Shown here: piece by piece, positions 1 to 15,210 of the stretch
Layout: each line of letters opens with the position of its first letter
Numbering within the stretch: position 1 is the stretch's first letter
From: Auanema rhodensis
Lineage: Eukaryota; Animalia; Nematoda
DNA length: 64,000 nucleotides
Assembly: GCA_964057225.1 (NCBI GenBank)
Contig: OZ059897.1
Location: 6,138,001-6,202,000 of the forward strand
Direction: 5' to 3'
Translations under genes and position numbers: made by a program
The notes under the pieces: generated by a model
Told to the model about the DNA's origin: nothing
Database searches by the model: none
Seen by the model: the letters and a program-made list of their open reading frames with translations, nothing else

Positions 1-599
1 ATGAGTGTGACCTTCAAGCGGCTTCTGACCGTCAGTATGTCGTCTGGCTGTCATCGTCATCGACTTCTGAGTGTGTATTCGTAACACATACTATACACAC
101 ATACAGCATCAAAACAGTAAATGATGACGCATTTCATAACACAAGCTAAAATACTGTGATGACGTAGATCATATTATCTTTCTCAGGTTGAATATGGTGC
201 AATATTGTTAATACATTAATATTATCCACTCGGAATGTCCTAGAAGTCTGTAGATCAACGATTGTCATGAATATAATGACCTTTGCTCGACCAAAAATAA
301 CTGAATGAGACGTGTTATCGAATTAAAACTGTAAACAATCGAGCGATTTCCAACACAACATTCTTCTCAATTATCAAAAAATTGCAAAAAATGTTCCTAA
401 TAAACATAAATGAATTTTATATTTTTATAATGACTCGCAGCAAATGAACGAAATCACTTCATTTCATGTAAGTTCATTTGATCCGAATGTTAAACCCTGA
501 TATAATGATTCGTTCATTCAATAGGATTGAATGAAATGAACTGGAAATGATTCAGTAAGACCTATCCATTTTCCTTCTTCATCTTTCTTTTTTTTAATT

Positions 600-694
600 T
601 TCTCTCTCTCTCTCTCCCTCTCTTTCTTTCTTTTTCTCTCTCTCCCCCCCCTTTATCTCTCTATCTCTCTTTAGCTTTCTCCCTCTTTATCTCT

Positions 695-755
<61 letters not shown>

Positions 756-756
756 T
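600..756. repeat. CT/AG-rich microsatellite tract
   Basis: Pure (CT)n run at about 699-742 within a pyrimidine tract. It generates the spurious ERERE ORF 671..856. Confidence 0.9.
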
Positions 757-3421
757 TATATAGCCATCTATCTCTTTTCATCCTATTAAAGAATTTAAAG
801 CAAAATTGAACTATGAAAATCTTCACGTTTTTTTTAGTTTCGTTGATCATATTCATTGGAACAGAAAGGCGAATAGTTCCTGATCATCTTTGTGATGATG
901 ACCATGATATATGATTTTTTTAAATGTAGGTTTAGTTAGTTTAAGATTAATTAAGATAGGTTTTTGCCAAGATTAAACGATTTATGTATTTGAGAAAGAG
1001 CAACCGGATTGGAAATGTCTACGCAATGAAAATGAGAATGCTGCTCAGTTCACGTGAACGCTTGACGTACTCTGTAATTAATTAGCATAGCATCCCTTTT
1101 AAATTTTATAAAATTATATGTCGTCAGAGACAAGAAATACTCAAGAATTTCTGTTTTGTATGATTAAACCGTGTTTTTCCTGTTTATTTCGTTGTGCACG
1201 GCAAACCTTCTAGCATTCCAAGCGTTCTTTACAGTGTTCAGAAAGTGTACAACAGCTTTGATACAGCATTTGCGTATCTGTACCTAATTTACTCTTTACC
1301 CCGTCTTCTTGTCTGTTCATTAACTTTTCATTTATGTTCTGAAAAAAAAAACTTGTTAATACTGTGCCTTGGATCAGATTCATACCCTACTGTTCCTTGT
1401 TGTCTTCGGACTTTCTCAATAATCGTTGGAACGCAAACTTCACCAAACATTTTCTTGAGACATCATTCATCATTCATGATCGCCAATCACTCGGTCTCTT
1501 GCTTACTTACTCTCTAGGACAAGACAGTTTGAGCTGAACTCTCCGTTCTGTTTTCACTTTTTTCTCAAACATTTACAGGTCCGCCTCCTCTAACTTTAGT
1601 TCAAGTCACACATGTTGATTTATCATCGCTTAATCACAACATTGTACACACAAAATTATTAGTAGTGGATGAGTATCATATCATTCAGTCTAGATCATTC
1701 GAGAAAAATTGCAAGACAAACTTCACGTATGCTTCGTCTTTATTTTTATCTTTTGATGATTGACGTCATTCGAAGACAGATCTTCAAGACCACATGGTAC
1801 TATTCTCAGAAGGCAACTGGATATGAGAGTGCTCGAGAGAAGAAAGTGAGTAGAGGGTGCCAGAATGAAAAAGTCGCAAAGAAAGCAACTGACACCTACC
1901 TGACATAATCATAATCGTGTACACGTAGACAGACAGACAGACACGTACACATGGACCTTATCCTATCAACTATTATATTGTAGATAATGGGAGAGAAGAG
2001 ATTACATTCTACACATAGAAACTGTTTATAAGGTTTTTTTTGTTGAGAAAAAATAGAAAAGCCTGGTAAGTAACGGTCAAGCATAAACAGTATGAGGTGG
2101 GTAACGGCTGCTAGTTGCTGAAAAAAAAAAGGTTAGAAGGGGGTAAAACGTTATTCAGGTCTGTATGATAAGTTAAGGAAAGGAAAGAAATAGAACATCA
2201 ATTTTAGATTGTGAGACATCACACGACGCCGACAAACTGTCGTCAAGCAGTCTAGTTATTTCTATCCAAGGCATCTGATGAAATCCCAAAATAGAAAACA
2301 CAACGTACAACTCGCTGATATGCGATCAGAAGACGTATTTCAATGGGATAGATGGAATCAATAGGTAGACATAGTGTGTTATTGGTATTAGTACTTGATG
2401 AATAAGAAGTAATACTGGTACAGAGAATGATGATAACTAAATATATAATCTGCTTAATAAAGCTCCGAATACTAGTAAGCGTAATGATGACAATGTATTG
2501 ATAGAATCAATAAACAATCTCACTACAAAGAACAAACTAGAAAACGAACTACTATGCTACTAGGCTATGGTTATGAATCATTTGTCAGAGTACACTATAT
2601 AATTATAAATTATATTAACTATTAATAGAAATCCAGATTAGCATTATCATGTATTCTCATTGTATTGCTGTTAAAATAAATAAAAAACGAGCCCGTTCTA
2701 CTCTTTTAACACAGACAAGATATTTTGGTGCATGAAAATGAGCAAGTTTTGATGAGATCAAAAATAGATTTTGACATCTATCTACAGCGTGTTTCTGATC
2801 TAAATACGTAAGAAGTTCAGGCATTTGATGGACAAAATAATATTTTTTTTCTATTTTAAGCTTCTAGTTTTTTTAAAATTGCGTGAACAATTATTCATTT
2901 CAAACTAATTATAGTAGGTACATCATCGGTTACATCAAGTTCAGCATGTTATATTAAGTGCTGAATTTAAAAAAAATTGTCTATAACAACATTTTTCTTT
3001 TAGTAAAATATTTTTAGAACTTGACAGCTGTTATTAGTTCTTAAAATAAGTGGGAAAAAAGTTTTTTTATATGAAACATTGAGATTTGACACGAGGTGAG
3101 TTTGTTATTATATTGGAAAACATTTGAAATATAAAAAAAATAATAAAGACGAAGAAGCATGTTATGAGCATGTGTACTTTATTTTCAAATTCAGGTAAAT
3201 ATAAAATTAAAATCCAATGGCTTAACATGTGGAAATTACGATGTGATTAGTTAGAAAAATAAGTCTATTTGAACTATTGTTTTTGAATATTTGTTTGAAA
3301 ATCAGTTATACCATAATCAATATGTGTTGTTTTCTCAAGAATAAAGTAAATTGTGCGCTTTTCTTTCTACAGCTTTGAGAATACAAAGCATTTGTACGCT
3401 TTTTAGACAAACGAGTCAGTT

Positions 3422-3423
<2 letters not shown>

Positions 3424-3488
<65 letters not shown>
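3424..3488. repeat. (AG)n microsatellite
   Basis: Uninterrupted AG dinucleotide run. Confidence 0.95.
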
Positions 3489-3491
<3 letters not shown>

Positions 3492-5838
3492 AAGGTCAAG
3501 CAGATAGAAAGAAGTAATGATACACTCGGAGTGGTTTCTAAATAAGGAATTAGAATCAACCGAAAAAAGACAGGTATCTTGTAAAATTTTTTGTGAATCT
3601 TCAATAACACGCAAATCTGTTCAGATTCTTCTATATATCATCACTTTCATCATCACAGTATGATCGGACTAAACTTCAAAGAACTGCACAAATTGCTTGA
3701 TATAGTCATGACAAGAAGCATAGAACATCTCTAGGAATAAGAGATTGTGAGAGGCAGTATGTCGTGATAAGACAGACAAAATAAAAAGAGAAGGTAGACG
3801 AATAAAAGGCTAAAAAACTGGGTAGTAGTGGCAAAAAGAGAGAAACGATCATGAGAAATGCGTGATTGAAGTAACAAGTAAATTAGAAAAAAGATGAAAG
3901 AACTTATAGTTATTTTGAGTATGAATGAATAATAGTTTGTTGTTATTTTTGAAATAGATAGTTTAAAAATAAGTTGAAAGTTTAGCCAATGAAAGTAATA
4001 GCAGCAGCAAAGTGTAGGAGTACAGTTACGATGTTGTACATCTCTGTATATGTATATGAATGAATGACCGTCTGTATAATAAATCAATCGATTGGCCCAA
4101 AAGAAAAGACAAAAAAACTTTACTATATGAAAGAAATATTGAGATATAATTAATAAATTATTATTAAATATTATCCATAAACGTTGATTAACTTTGAAAG
4201 CAAGTATCTGTGTATGAAACTGTGATGATGATGCTGATGATGATAATGATGACGATGATGATGATGATAATGATGGTACGATGACAAGCAGTATTATGCT
4301 AACTATAACTATGTGTATACTTTATAATGATTTGTTTTATTTATAGGTATTTACTTGATGTTTATATGTATTTAATGAATAGAAAAGACGTGTATTTATA
4401 ATATAATATATTTATTTACTTATTAATATAATTCGAATTAACATTTTAAAGAATAACAGTCAACAGACATTGTGCTGAGGAAAGAGATCAAGCTATCGAG
4501 AAGCTAGGAATAAAGCTGACAATGTTATGATGAATGAAGAAAAACAATTGAAAAAAGAAAATATGTGAGAAAATAGAGGAAAAACGAATAAATACATATA
4601 ATCTCAAGAAGAGAAACATAAACTTTTTGGATGATAGAGATTGAATACTGAGAGATTTATGATGAATGAGATGAGAAATGAAGACTGTGTTATATGTATG
4701 AATGAACAGTCAAGTGAATTCTATATAGTTTGTATAGTTAAGTAGATAAAGATATCCCGTAGTTGCGTGAGTCGGTGACAAACGTTTTGTTGGGTATCCG
4801 GACCCATTTATCAGCAAATAGTAGAAGAAAAGTACGATTAGTAGAAGTAGTAGTAGCATAACTTTCAGATTATGCAATAATCAACAGATGCAACAGAAAA
4901 TTTACAGGAAAATCCGATTCTGAATACTAGTAGAATACAACAGCAGCTGGAGCAGCACTAGTGTAATAGAAGTAGTAGTAGTATGCAGATTCGCAGTTAC
5001 GACTGTTTCGTAGACTTCCAGTTTCACGAAGTTGGCCATGAAAGCTTTACTGCGTTGATTAAAAGCCGATCATGACCGGTCAAAAGTCCTCGTAAGGACA
5101 GACTGTTCATTTGCGTCATCGTCCGGATTACAGGGCTGTGACGTAAGGAATGGAAGTCGTGCGTCGCCGTATTATCTAATACAGATCGGCGCAGTCGTCG
5201 AGTGTGTAGCGCCATGGTGGCAGACATGTAGCCATGAGTAGCAAAAGCAGCAATAAATTCAGCAGGAGCTGTATGATGATGCTAGATTGAGTTTTGAATA
5301 TTTCAAGGAATTCAGGCTCAGAAGCTTAGAAGTCACAGCGCTAGGCGACTGTGAGTTCAATGAGTACTAGCAGTATAAGAGCAATAGAATTAGCTCAAAT
5401 AATAACTTGAATTGCGAATTATAGCAGAGATGGACTGTAAGGTAGCCCAAACTAGTCACAGTCACAGAAAAGTCCAATTTGTGAATGTGTAGTACTGAAT
5501 TTGGCTCAGTAGTAGTGCTCAATGAAGGAGCAACTAGAATCAGTATGAATAAACCCCAATACAATGAGTAGACAATCTTACAATGCGAGAGTTAAAGGAT
5601 TCAGATGCTTTAACGTCTCGATAATGTGAGATGGTATGCCTATGTGACAAGGATGATAATGATAATGATTAGCGGTAAATGGGGGTGGGGTCTTGACGTT
5701 GTCGTAGTGTGTTGGTTGATAGGGAGAGTTGGTTGGTTGATTGGTGGGTGGGCAAAGCAACCACGGGGCCAGCGCTCACACACAGGCCTCGTCCGGTCTC
5801 TTTCTTCTCTTGGGGCCTGGCTGGCAGCCGGGTGCGGC

Positions 5839-5905
5839 TTAAATACTAGGGCGGCGGCCGACCAGTGGGCGGAGCTTATGCTGGGTGTGGCCGAGCGCTG
5901 ATTGG
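5839..5905 (-). promoter_or_regulatory. Putative Pol II core promoter (CCAAT, GC boxes, TATA-like) firing leftward
   Basis: Local GC-rich island containing ATTGG 5901-5905, GGGTGTGG 5883-5890, GGGCGG at 5867 and 5849, and TATTTAA on the minus strand at 5839-5845, in canonical order. Confidence 0.4.
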
Positions 5906-8900
5906 AGGAGAAGGCTTATGGGAAAATCCTAATTAGAGCATCTCATTGGAGCAATATATGAGTGACGAATTCAGAATATGGAGTAAACAAGTCGTTCTAC
6001 CTGTATATGCTCTTTTTCAAAATTAAAAATGCTGTAAAAGCTTTAAGCTGAGTTCACAAACTGGAAAGTCTGTTTAAACCGAAACACGACATTTTCAGTA
6101 TTTTATGAAGATGCTGGATGAGAAATCACTATTTCGGTCAATGAAGTTTCTTACAACGCATGAGCTGCAAACTCTGCTCTTGATTCTCATAATAAGATAA
6201 TTGACGTCAGGATGATGTCCGGTGCCGGAAACTATGTCTCGTAATGACGTCAGTTGAGGATGCAAAACTGCGTCAGCAAACTTCTCAGATCACACCTGTC
6301 AGCTGCTTTTCTAGACAGTAGTAGTAGTAGTAGACTTGCTGCTGATCTTCATATGCAGCACGTTCTGACTTATGTTTCAATACTCGAAAGAATGTTCACC
6401 TGTGATAGAAATTTTGGATATTGGATGCACAGACAAGCCAACTGATGTAGGGCTTACGTGCTTGTTATGAGTTTGTTTAGAATCTGTCAAGCTTCATCAA
6501 AACCCAACCTTTGGCTTCATCCCGCTCGCTATGGACAACATATCAAGGGATAGTATTGTGTGTTGCATTGTCTTGTTTAGATGAAAACGCAAATCATAGG
6601 CCATCAGCTAGATTTACAAGTTTTCGTCATGTCAGAAGGCTAAATATGGTACAGCTCGTGATTGACGTCTTCTTTGATCACGTGCCTTATTTCGTAAGAT
6701 CATTAGAAAATCAGCTCACGCTTTTTCTATAAAATCACAACCGGATTGATCTGAGCGCTGCTTAGGGTCAGCTCAACAATACCGTCTTCTAGCCATTCGA
6801 ATAAATCATTCTAACACGTGGACTCGTTCATTGAATCGGTTCCAGAATTTAAGACGAGGTAAGGGTTTACTTGCATCAAGGTGTGGCCAAATTAGCAAGT
6901 TAGTCTTTTGGCTGCCTAATTGATCAAAATGGTAGTCAAAATGCTGTTAAATCCACCATTTTCTTCGTTTTGTTCTCGTGATCAACGCCAAAAATTAGGT
7001 GTGGTCGGATTGCCGGATGGTTTAATTCAGACGCCACGCTAATCTCATCAACATTGTGTCGTCATCAGTCTCGTTGTGACAACGTCATCGTTTGAACGCT
7101 CTTATTAGCACGTCTTCTGCATCTCACCTCAGCTATCTTTTGCCTTTCGTTGACGTACTTCACCACTTAACCTCACTTCAGGAAATATGGGCGCTGGCCC
7201 ATTAGGGCGTCTACTAGTACCGCCACACCCAAAAAGCCAGGTCCTAACACGATCAGACAATTCCATTTTCGGAATGAGCGGACTGTAGAAGAAAGGGAAG
7301 AGAAGGAACACAATGTTGTTGTGGTCTGAAATGACGAGGTTGCGGTAGGCCAAGACAGGTAAAAGGGGATTGAAAAAAAGATTCTGTTCATCAAGCCGTA
7401 ATGAACGACAATGGAAAGCGCATAGGTATGTCGACGTCGCTATCAGTAGGCTACTATTTCTTTATATTTCCAGTCTATTCAACTCAGCTCAAGTATATTT
7501 TGCTATAAAAAAGCTGTTTGAACGATGTGATACGTAGTATGAGCCACTAATCAGCGGTTAGATCTGCTGATCTGCGAGGAATCCAAGCTATTTTCTGCTC
7601 AAATTCAATCAGAAACCTTCAATTTCTATTAATATCTCTGTTATCTCTTATTTCAAATCTCTGAGTTGCAGCATATGAAACCTAACTCCATGAGTATGAT
7701 CTCAGCCGTTCAATTTGAAAACTGACAACATATGATAAAAGATATGAATTAAAAAAAAGAGTTACTTCAGTATAAGGCTTCTGTCTATAAAAGGATAAGA
7801 GAAGTGACGTGATTCTGTTTCTTTATCACCATCATATCATCAATATTCAAAGCTTTTAACTTTTTAGGATCCTAAATTCTTTGAATGAGGTTTAAGAGAG
7901 AGAACGGGAAGGAGAGACACGGTAAGAAGTGGCTGCGTGGTAACAGCTACAGAATTCTGTGAGTCATTTTTCAGGTAAAACTCATACAATCAAACTTTCT
8001 TAATAATAGTGAAGATCGAAAAGCTTCAATTATTTGGCTTAACAAACAAGCTGAACTGTAGCTTGTGGTTTATTAGGAAATTTCAAAAATTGAATGTAAG
8101 TGGGCAGGTTTAACGACAGCTTCAACACCCTCATCATCTTGAAATTTAGCACAGTTTATTTGTCTTTCTATGCTACGATTTTGACACGTAACTATGTCTG
8201 TTTGAACAGAGTCAAATGAACCAGATTTTAACAAATTTTACATGAACTTCTAACTCTAAATGGACCCTCAGTCAACTTTCTCTCTATCTCGCTCTTCTAT
8301 CCCCCTCTTCACTAACTTTTCGTCCTCGTTGTCGCTTCAAAGAGCCTAATTGTATGAGTGGGTGTTCGTTTGAGCTCATTCTACTACATAAGAATGCCAG
8401 ATATTCGTGTGTGATGACGTCATATACGTGACCGATAAGACGTTCTCAGATTTCTGGGGTTGAATGAGAATGTACTGAATAGTAAATGCTGATAAGGTTG
8501 GAGTATCATCATAAGCAAGCTAAGATACGCGAGAAATGTACCTTCCATATACAGCATGTGACCTCTACATGCCATAAGATTCTGAGTCACGTAGTGCATC
8601 TTGTGGAACTTAAAATTCCTTCGAGGAGGAAGCAGCGTCTTAGCGATGATGTCACACCATGATGTAGGCTGTTGCCCTAGGGATTTTGGCCTTCCAATGA
8701 CAATTAGACAACAACTTCTTCCGATTATCTGCAGTTTTCTGATGCTCAATGAGTTTGCCATCACTCCTCACTGAGATAATTAGATGATTTTGACTTCGTT
8801 TTTCAGTCCACTGAGACATAGTGGTGTGTATGTCTGTCTGTCTGTGTGGGTGTGAATAGGACAGGAACTTTGAACATCCTAACGTCTATTTACCTCAACA

Positions 8901-10855
8901 AGTATCAACAGCCACTGAAAAAAGATTAGACGAAGACCGATTACTCATCTGTCTCATCATCGTCTTCCAATTTTCGAGATTTCACGACCGACGTGAGAGG
9001 AAGAAGCGAAGACGATTGTCAACGTGAACTTCAACATTATCTGTAGTTTCCCATCGCATTCATTTATCGTCAACACTTTTGTCAAACTGCCCTGTAATCT
9101 GCTATATTCGTTCTTCAACTGCAACTATTTAGAATCAAAAAACAGTTTTTTCACCCCCAAATACGACCATTGACGTAACCATACCCATGTACATATGTCA
9201 TCTTAGCACGTAAAGCTGACGTGCTTGGAATGCCTTTGACTAGGTCTCATGGTCAGTATTACAAGAACTAGTACTTGTAGGCTAGTCTGACCACAGACTG
9301 GTAACCTTTTCAGTGAATCGTCATCATCTACTCCAGTTTTCAAGCATAAGCAAGCTGTTACCTGACATCAATTTCTAGTCTAAAATGCCATTAATAGAAA
9401 TCAGTTACAGAATAATCAGTTGACTAATCACTTAGCAAAGAAACGTTCTGAGAAAAAAATGGTATAGTATCGTCTGTCTGCTACTACACAACCGTCGAAC
9501 TGTGCCCATCATCATCATCATCATCATCATCATTAGCATCAGAATCATCATGACCTACACCTTGGCCATTTCTTGTCATTCAGAAGAACACGATACAGTT
9601 TCCAAATTTCTTTGAATACATTTCTCTAAACTATATTTAAGAGAATATACATATAGTTTGAGTATTCGCTTAACTATATGTGCAGGAAACTAAGTTGTAG
9701 ACTGAATACTATGTAATATGTGGAATTATGATTTCTCTTTCATACCACCACACCCAGTTAACTATATATTTGAAGTATAATGTATAAATTTCAAAAAAAA
9801 AAGTTTGAACATTAAAGCTTGAACAAAGAACATAACTAATTAACTTTATTAAGTATTGTTCAATAACATACCAAAATCAGTTCATTCAAATAAAAAAAGA
9901 AAAGAAAAAAGACAACACTTGAACATTCATAACTATTGTTGTTACTTTCATTACAATTTATTTCATCTAATAATGATAATGATATGATAAATTGATAGTC
10001 AATTACATTGTTATTGTAAATTATTATATTTTAATTCTAAAAAATGATTGGCAAAAAAAAGAAAAATGTAATTCTTTTGTTTAAATTAATAAGAGTTTCA
10101 ATCACATTTTTTGTGATGTTTTACATCATTCAACATAACATCAGCATTAGCAGCAGCAACAGCAGCAGCAACAGCATCTGCAGCAGTAGTAGCAATAGCA
10201 GAGAGAAGAAGTAACAACATCCATTCGTTAAGCAATACAATATAAATATATTTCAACATGTATGTATAGGTATGTACATAAACTTGCCATTTAAAGTCTT
10301 TTTTTGTATTTTGTATGGAATGTAAGCCAATACTGCCTATACTCTTACCAATACAACTATACCATACCATACATGTGTATGTAATATACATGTATTATTC
10401 ACTGATTCACTAAATGACGATTGTTACATGACATCGACATCTATTATCGTCTTCTAATCATTACGTTTTGTTACATTTTTTTCTCAAATAAAACTTTTTT
10501 TTTTATAAATAATGAAGGGTTCATTAATTAATTAACTTTGGTTGAAAACTTAAAGTTCAATATTCAGAGCATAGATTTCATGAATTTGAGATGAATCTCA
10601 AGTTGCTTCATATTTTTCATTAAAAATGAAAGTTGTACAACAAGCTGTTGCGTCCAAACCGTTAATCTTGTGGAATACATTATGCTGCTAATTTTATCCC
10701 ATATAAAGTGTTCATTTGCAGAGAAAAATAAGAAAACTTTTTCCAAAGCCAATGACGTGTCCGAAGCTTTAAACATATTTCTAAGAGGTCATAGTTCATT
10801 ATGTTGAATTTTATGAAGTTTTCTTTGTATATCATTCAATATCTGTTAATTAAAT

Positions 10856-10858
<3 letters not shown>

Positions 10859-10897
<39 letters not shown>
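10859..10897. repeat. (AG)n microsatellite
   Basis: AG dinucleotide run. Confidence 0.9.
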
Positions 10898-10900
<3 letters not shown>

Positions 10901-13883
10901 TTCAAAAAGATTGAGTGACAACAAAACATGTTCAGAACCTTTTTGTATTCCTGTTTTCTGGGTACTCTATGACACCTTCTCTAATATAATCGAGAATTAC
11001 ATACCAAGCACCTTGTTCTATTCTAAACGAAAATTGTGTTTCTGACCTTTTCATGTCGAGAAGCAAGTCTTGATTCTCTGACTCATAACGATCAATTAGA
11101 TGTACGTTTGCTTGTTCTCACCCATGTTGTATGTACATGTATGTGCCAACAAAAAAGTGATGTCTGTCATAAGAGAATGAATTCATATGAAGATGCTTGT
11201 ACCGAGAACATGGATCATATGCTGTTCCTATCACTAGCTAGCTCTAGAACATTTTAGGCTTGATTGTACCGTCTGTACTGAAAGCATAAGCAAATCATAG
11301 TACTGGACTACATCGTTGTTGTCTTGCTTCTTGATCAGTAACGATGTGATTGCTGATAGATGGCAAACGAGAACCTTTTGTATCCAATGTTTCTCCGTTA
11401 TAATCATATGAATTGCATGTATATAGGTGATATGTCATGTCCTCCGACATCAACGGTTCTTCATCGAAGTGTATTTCTCAAGCGGTTTGTGTCTGACATA
11501 CCTAGAAACAGACAGACTAATCAGGTTCTGTGGCGTTGTCGACCCATACAAGACAACATATTGATAGCCATAGGGCATGATCATAGAATTGTGATTCTAA
11601 AAATAGAATTGCCGAAGAAGCATTAGAAAGGAAAATACGACGTTTGAATTGTTTCATGAAAACTAAAGGAATTCCAAAAATTCCATGCAATCAGTAGGGG
11701 TGACAAGAGAATAGAGAAATTGAGAGAGGAAGGTGGGGGGTAGATTGATATAAAGGTACAAAGATAAACGTTTATCTATTCAAGCATTTTCAGTTATATA
11801 ATATATAAAACATTCAGAATATTACTCTAGTTGTTTGTGGAAAAAGAAGAAAAAAAGTGATTAAACATGTGTTTCTATGATCATTTTCCAGTATTTGGTT
11901 GAGCTTCGAGACTTGCAAAGGCCTCTAGGTGAGCTGTCAAAAAATAAAAATTTAGTTGAAAGTATTTACTATTTGAATTCTAAATATCTGTTTTAAACCT
12001 TTGGAATGTAAATTTCGTTTGAAATCTTCAATGAATCACCGATGCTGACCTAACTAGCTTCATTGCCTTTGTCATCAGCATTGTAAGCAGTCGATCACTA
12101 CCTTTGTGAACATTAGGAAATTCAGGGTCTGCGACCTTTCCTCTATTAAGGTAAAGAAAGAAGTTTCTGATTAAAATTCTGAAAAGTGTGGGGGGTGAAA
12201 GAGGTAAAAACTTCGAAAACGGATAATGAGCTTGATATTCTCTCTGAGAACCATAAGACTTCACTCGTTCCACAAATTCTTGTTTTCATATTTCAAGGTC
12301 CGGAAATACATTCGGAATTCTTCTTCGTGTTTTCACTCAAAATTTCTCAACTGTTCTTTGAATGTAACTAAATCCGATTGAAATAGCTGAATGCGAATCA
12401 GCTTGATCAGATGTTCAAGTGTAAAATCTTATCTGCGCATTTTTTAAATTTTTTTTGCCAGTAATTGAATATTAAACAAGGGGGTTATGATTGCAATTGA
12501 TAGCATTTTCAGAGGAAAAACGAACATTATTCAACAAAATATTTAGTTTCAACTTTAGATGAGCATTAAAATTTTCATTATGATCAATCCTTTTAAGATA
12601 TTTGATCATCAGAGTACATATCTTATTATGATTATACAAGAGTATTTATGTCAAAAACGACTTTAACATATTTGTAAGAAAAAAAACATGTTCAAATATC
12701 ATCTATGCTTTTAAGTACACGCCTGTTTTAGTTTTTTTTCAAATTTGTTAATCAAAGTTCAAAAAGTATTTCTGTACTTTTTGTATGGTAGTTATTTCTA
12801 TCCTCAAAGTTGTAAAATGAGTTGAAGGTGGTGGTTGTGAGGGAGTGAAGGAAGTGATACACAAGATACACAAAGCTAACGGATTTCGGATGGTTATGAT
12901 AGTGTTTCAAGCAGAAATCACATTGAAAAGTTCTGAAGAAGTCAACGACAACTGTTTTTCTATCTCAATCATAATCATATCATTTTCAGCTTCACTTGTT
13001 TGACTCGTTTGACTTGATCTGAAACTGAAATAGATTTAGGTACAGATGCGGGGTAAAGACAAAAGATATTATAACAACAACTCTCAAATTCTTGTAAAAT
13101 AGAATACAAAAAGTTCTTTTTAAACATTAAAACGAGTTGCTACTTGCTTCCCTTAGAGTTTGGGCAAAAAAAAATAAACTAAAAAAATGTATTTTCTATA
13201 CGAAACTTGTTTATATAGTATTAATATGTATCTAAGAGTAATTGCTTATTTAGAATTTGAAAAATGATTGAAACAATAAAATTATTTTTCAGCAAAACAT
13301 CTTTTTCTTCGTCTTCGTCTTCGTCTTCTTCTTCGTCTTCTTCTTCGCAAATGCTGTACTGATGATGATTGTTGTACAGTTTAGTACTCATATGGTATGT
13401 AAGTAACAAAAAGTTTTTTTTTTGTATCGAAAGAAAGAATTTTGCGAATATAAAGAGTAAAGGCACATACTAATTAAACAAATAAATAAATAGAATTATA
13501 TTTATTTTACAAAGTTGTAAAAGTATAGAAATAATATTCTTCTTATTATTAGTAACAATATATAATATATTTATACAATAATTGCAATTTTTCTTAAAAT
13601 TTCAAGTTTAACTTTTAGAAGAAACATTTTGAATTATTACAAGGGAATAGCAGGGGTTCAGGAACCAAATTCATACATATTTGCCCATGTTTTTCTTTAA
13701 AATTCTGACAGAGTTCACGCTTCATTCGGATATCTGATAGCTATTTAAAGAAAAAGAAATGACAAAAATAGAAGAAGAGATGAATAGGGAACTTTATCTC
13801 AACTTAAAATTATCTAGACAAACGATTATTTTCTTTTTTTCTCTCTCTATCTCTTTCTCTCTCTCTCTCTTTCTCTTTTTATT

Positions 13884-13921
<38 letters not shown>

Positions 13922-15004
13922 GGAGAAGTATTTGTATAACTGAAAAAAAAAGAAAAAGTTCTACCGTGTGTTGTTTGTTTTCAAACAATTCTTAAACGAC
14001 TTGTATGGCCAAATTACTTCGATCAAACAGATTCCAGTTTTCTACTATTTTTCCAGAAATTAGATGACTGGTCTCAGAGGCCAAAGATTTGTCTGAACGA
14101 CACAAGGCCTTTGCTTCGCTTGTTTCTATATTTAGAGATGCCCTCAATGTGAAAAAGGCGTGAGGCTCAGTGTCAGAGCTGTTCGCCCTTTCTTTGGTTC
14201 GTTCACAGTAGAAAGCACCAGTTGAAGAGAGAATCCTGCAAAAGAAACAGCTGATGACGGTGTTCAATGAGTACGATGACGTTCCGGCTTGCAGAGCAGA
14301 ACGACATGCATTTCATTTTATATTTTTCTCAAGAATGAGTAATGTATGTATTTGTTTCAACGGAATGAAAAGGAAAAAATACGAAATCAGCAACAACATT
14401 AGTAGTAGCATTAGCAGCAATTGAAACTGCATGCAGTTTCAAAGAGTTTGGAACAGTAAGAACGTTGTGGTCGTCGTGGTGCCTATCCATCAGTAATACA
14501 TGCATCACGAACCTCTCCAACTAACTATAACATTGCATGGCTCCTGATCATGCTGATGTTGACAACACTATAACATCATTTCCGTAAGTTATCTAACAAT
14601 GCTGTAAGCTGCATGACTAATATGGATATATTTAAATTAAATAATGTAGTATTACTACTGCTATCTCAATCATTTGCAAGTATTTAAGATAGTGACGTAA
14701 TCACTCATCCTCATCATTTCCGTCTGTTTATAGCTAATGTCCGCAAAACAGCAATTGTACTTCATAAAAATAGCATTTTCAATGCTTCAAGCATGCTTGC
14801 TTCAGGAGCATTTTCTTAGTGCTGATATTGAAACATGAGGGAAGCGAAAATGACATATTTCAATCCTAGTTTTATGAAAGAGTTTCATAATTAAGTTCAA
14901 ATTTTATAAATCAATTCAATTAACTTATTTATTTTAAAAAAAGATATTTAGATGTCATATCCTAATTATGAATTTCTTTATTCATATACAAATATTCAAT
15001 CATG

Positions 15005-15210
15005 TGTGCGATAAAAGTCGGACACTTAGCAGAAATCCTCATATCTGCTCAAACAAACTACAAAAATTCAAAAGGAAAATGTTTGAAGTGTTGAAAATCT
15101 ATATTGAATTGATAAACGTGAAAAAAAATTATTTTTTTGTCGTTTGAAGATGTTTTCTTAAGATGTTTTCTTAGCCCTTTTAAAGACCACTGTCCGATTT
15201 TCATCGCACA
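15005..15210. mobile_element. Degenerate MITE-like element (~206 bp)
   Basis: 20-bp terminal inverted repeats TGTGCGATAAAAGTCGGACA and TGTCCGATTTTCATCGCACA (18/20 match) around an AT-rich non-coding interior. No clear TSD. Confidence 0.5.

Noticed and set aside
9240-9302. Imperfect hairpin (TGGTCAG/CTGACCA, TACAAG/CTTGTA) as a miRNA precursor
   Set aside because: Large asymmetric internal loop and no recognisable mature miRNA.
671-14000. ERERE / LSLSLS ORFs (671, 3306, 3351, 3416, 10854, 13759, 13794)
   Set aside because: Translations of (AG)n/(CT)n microsatellites.
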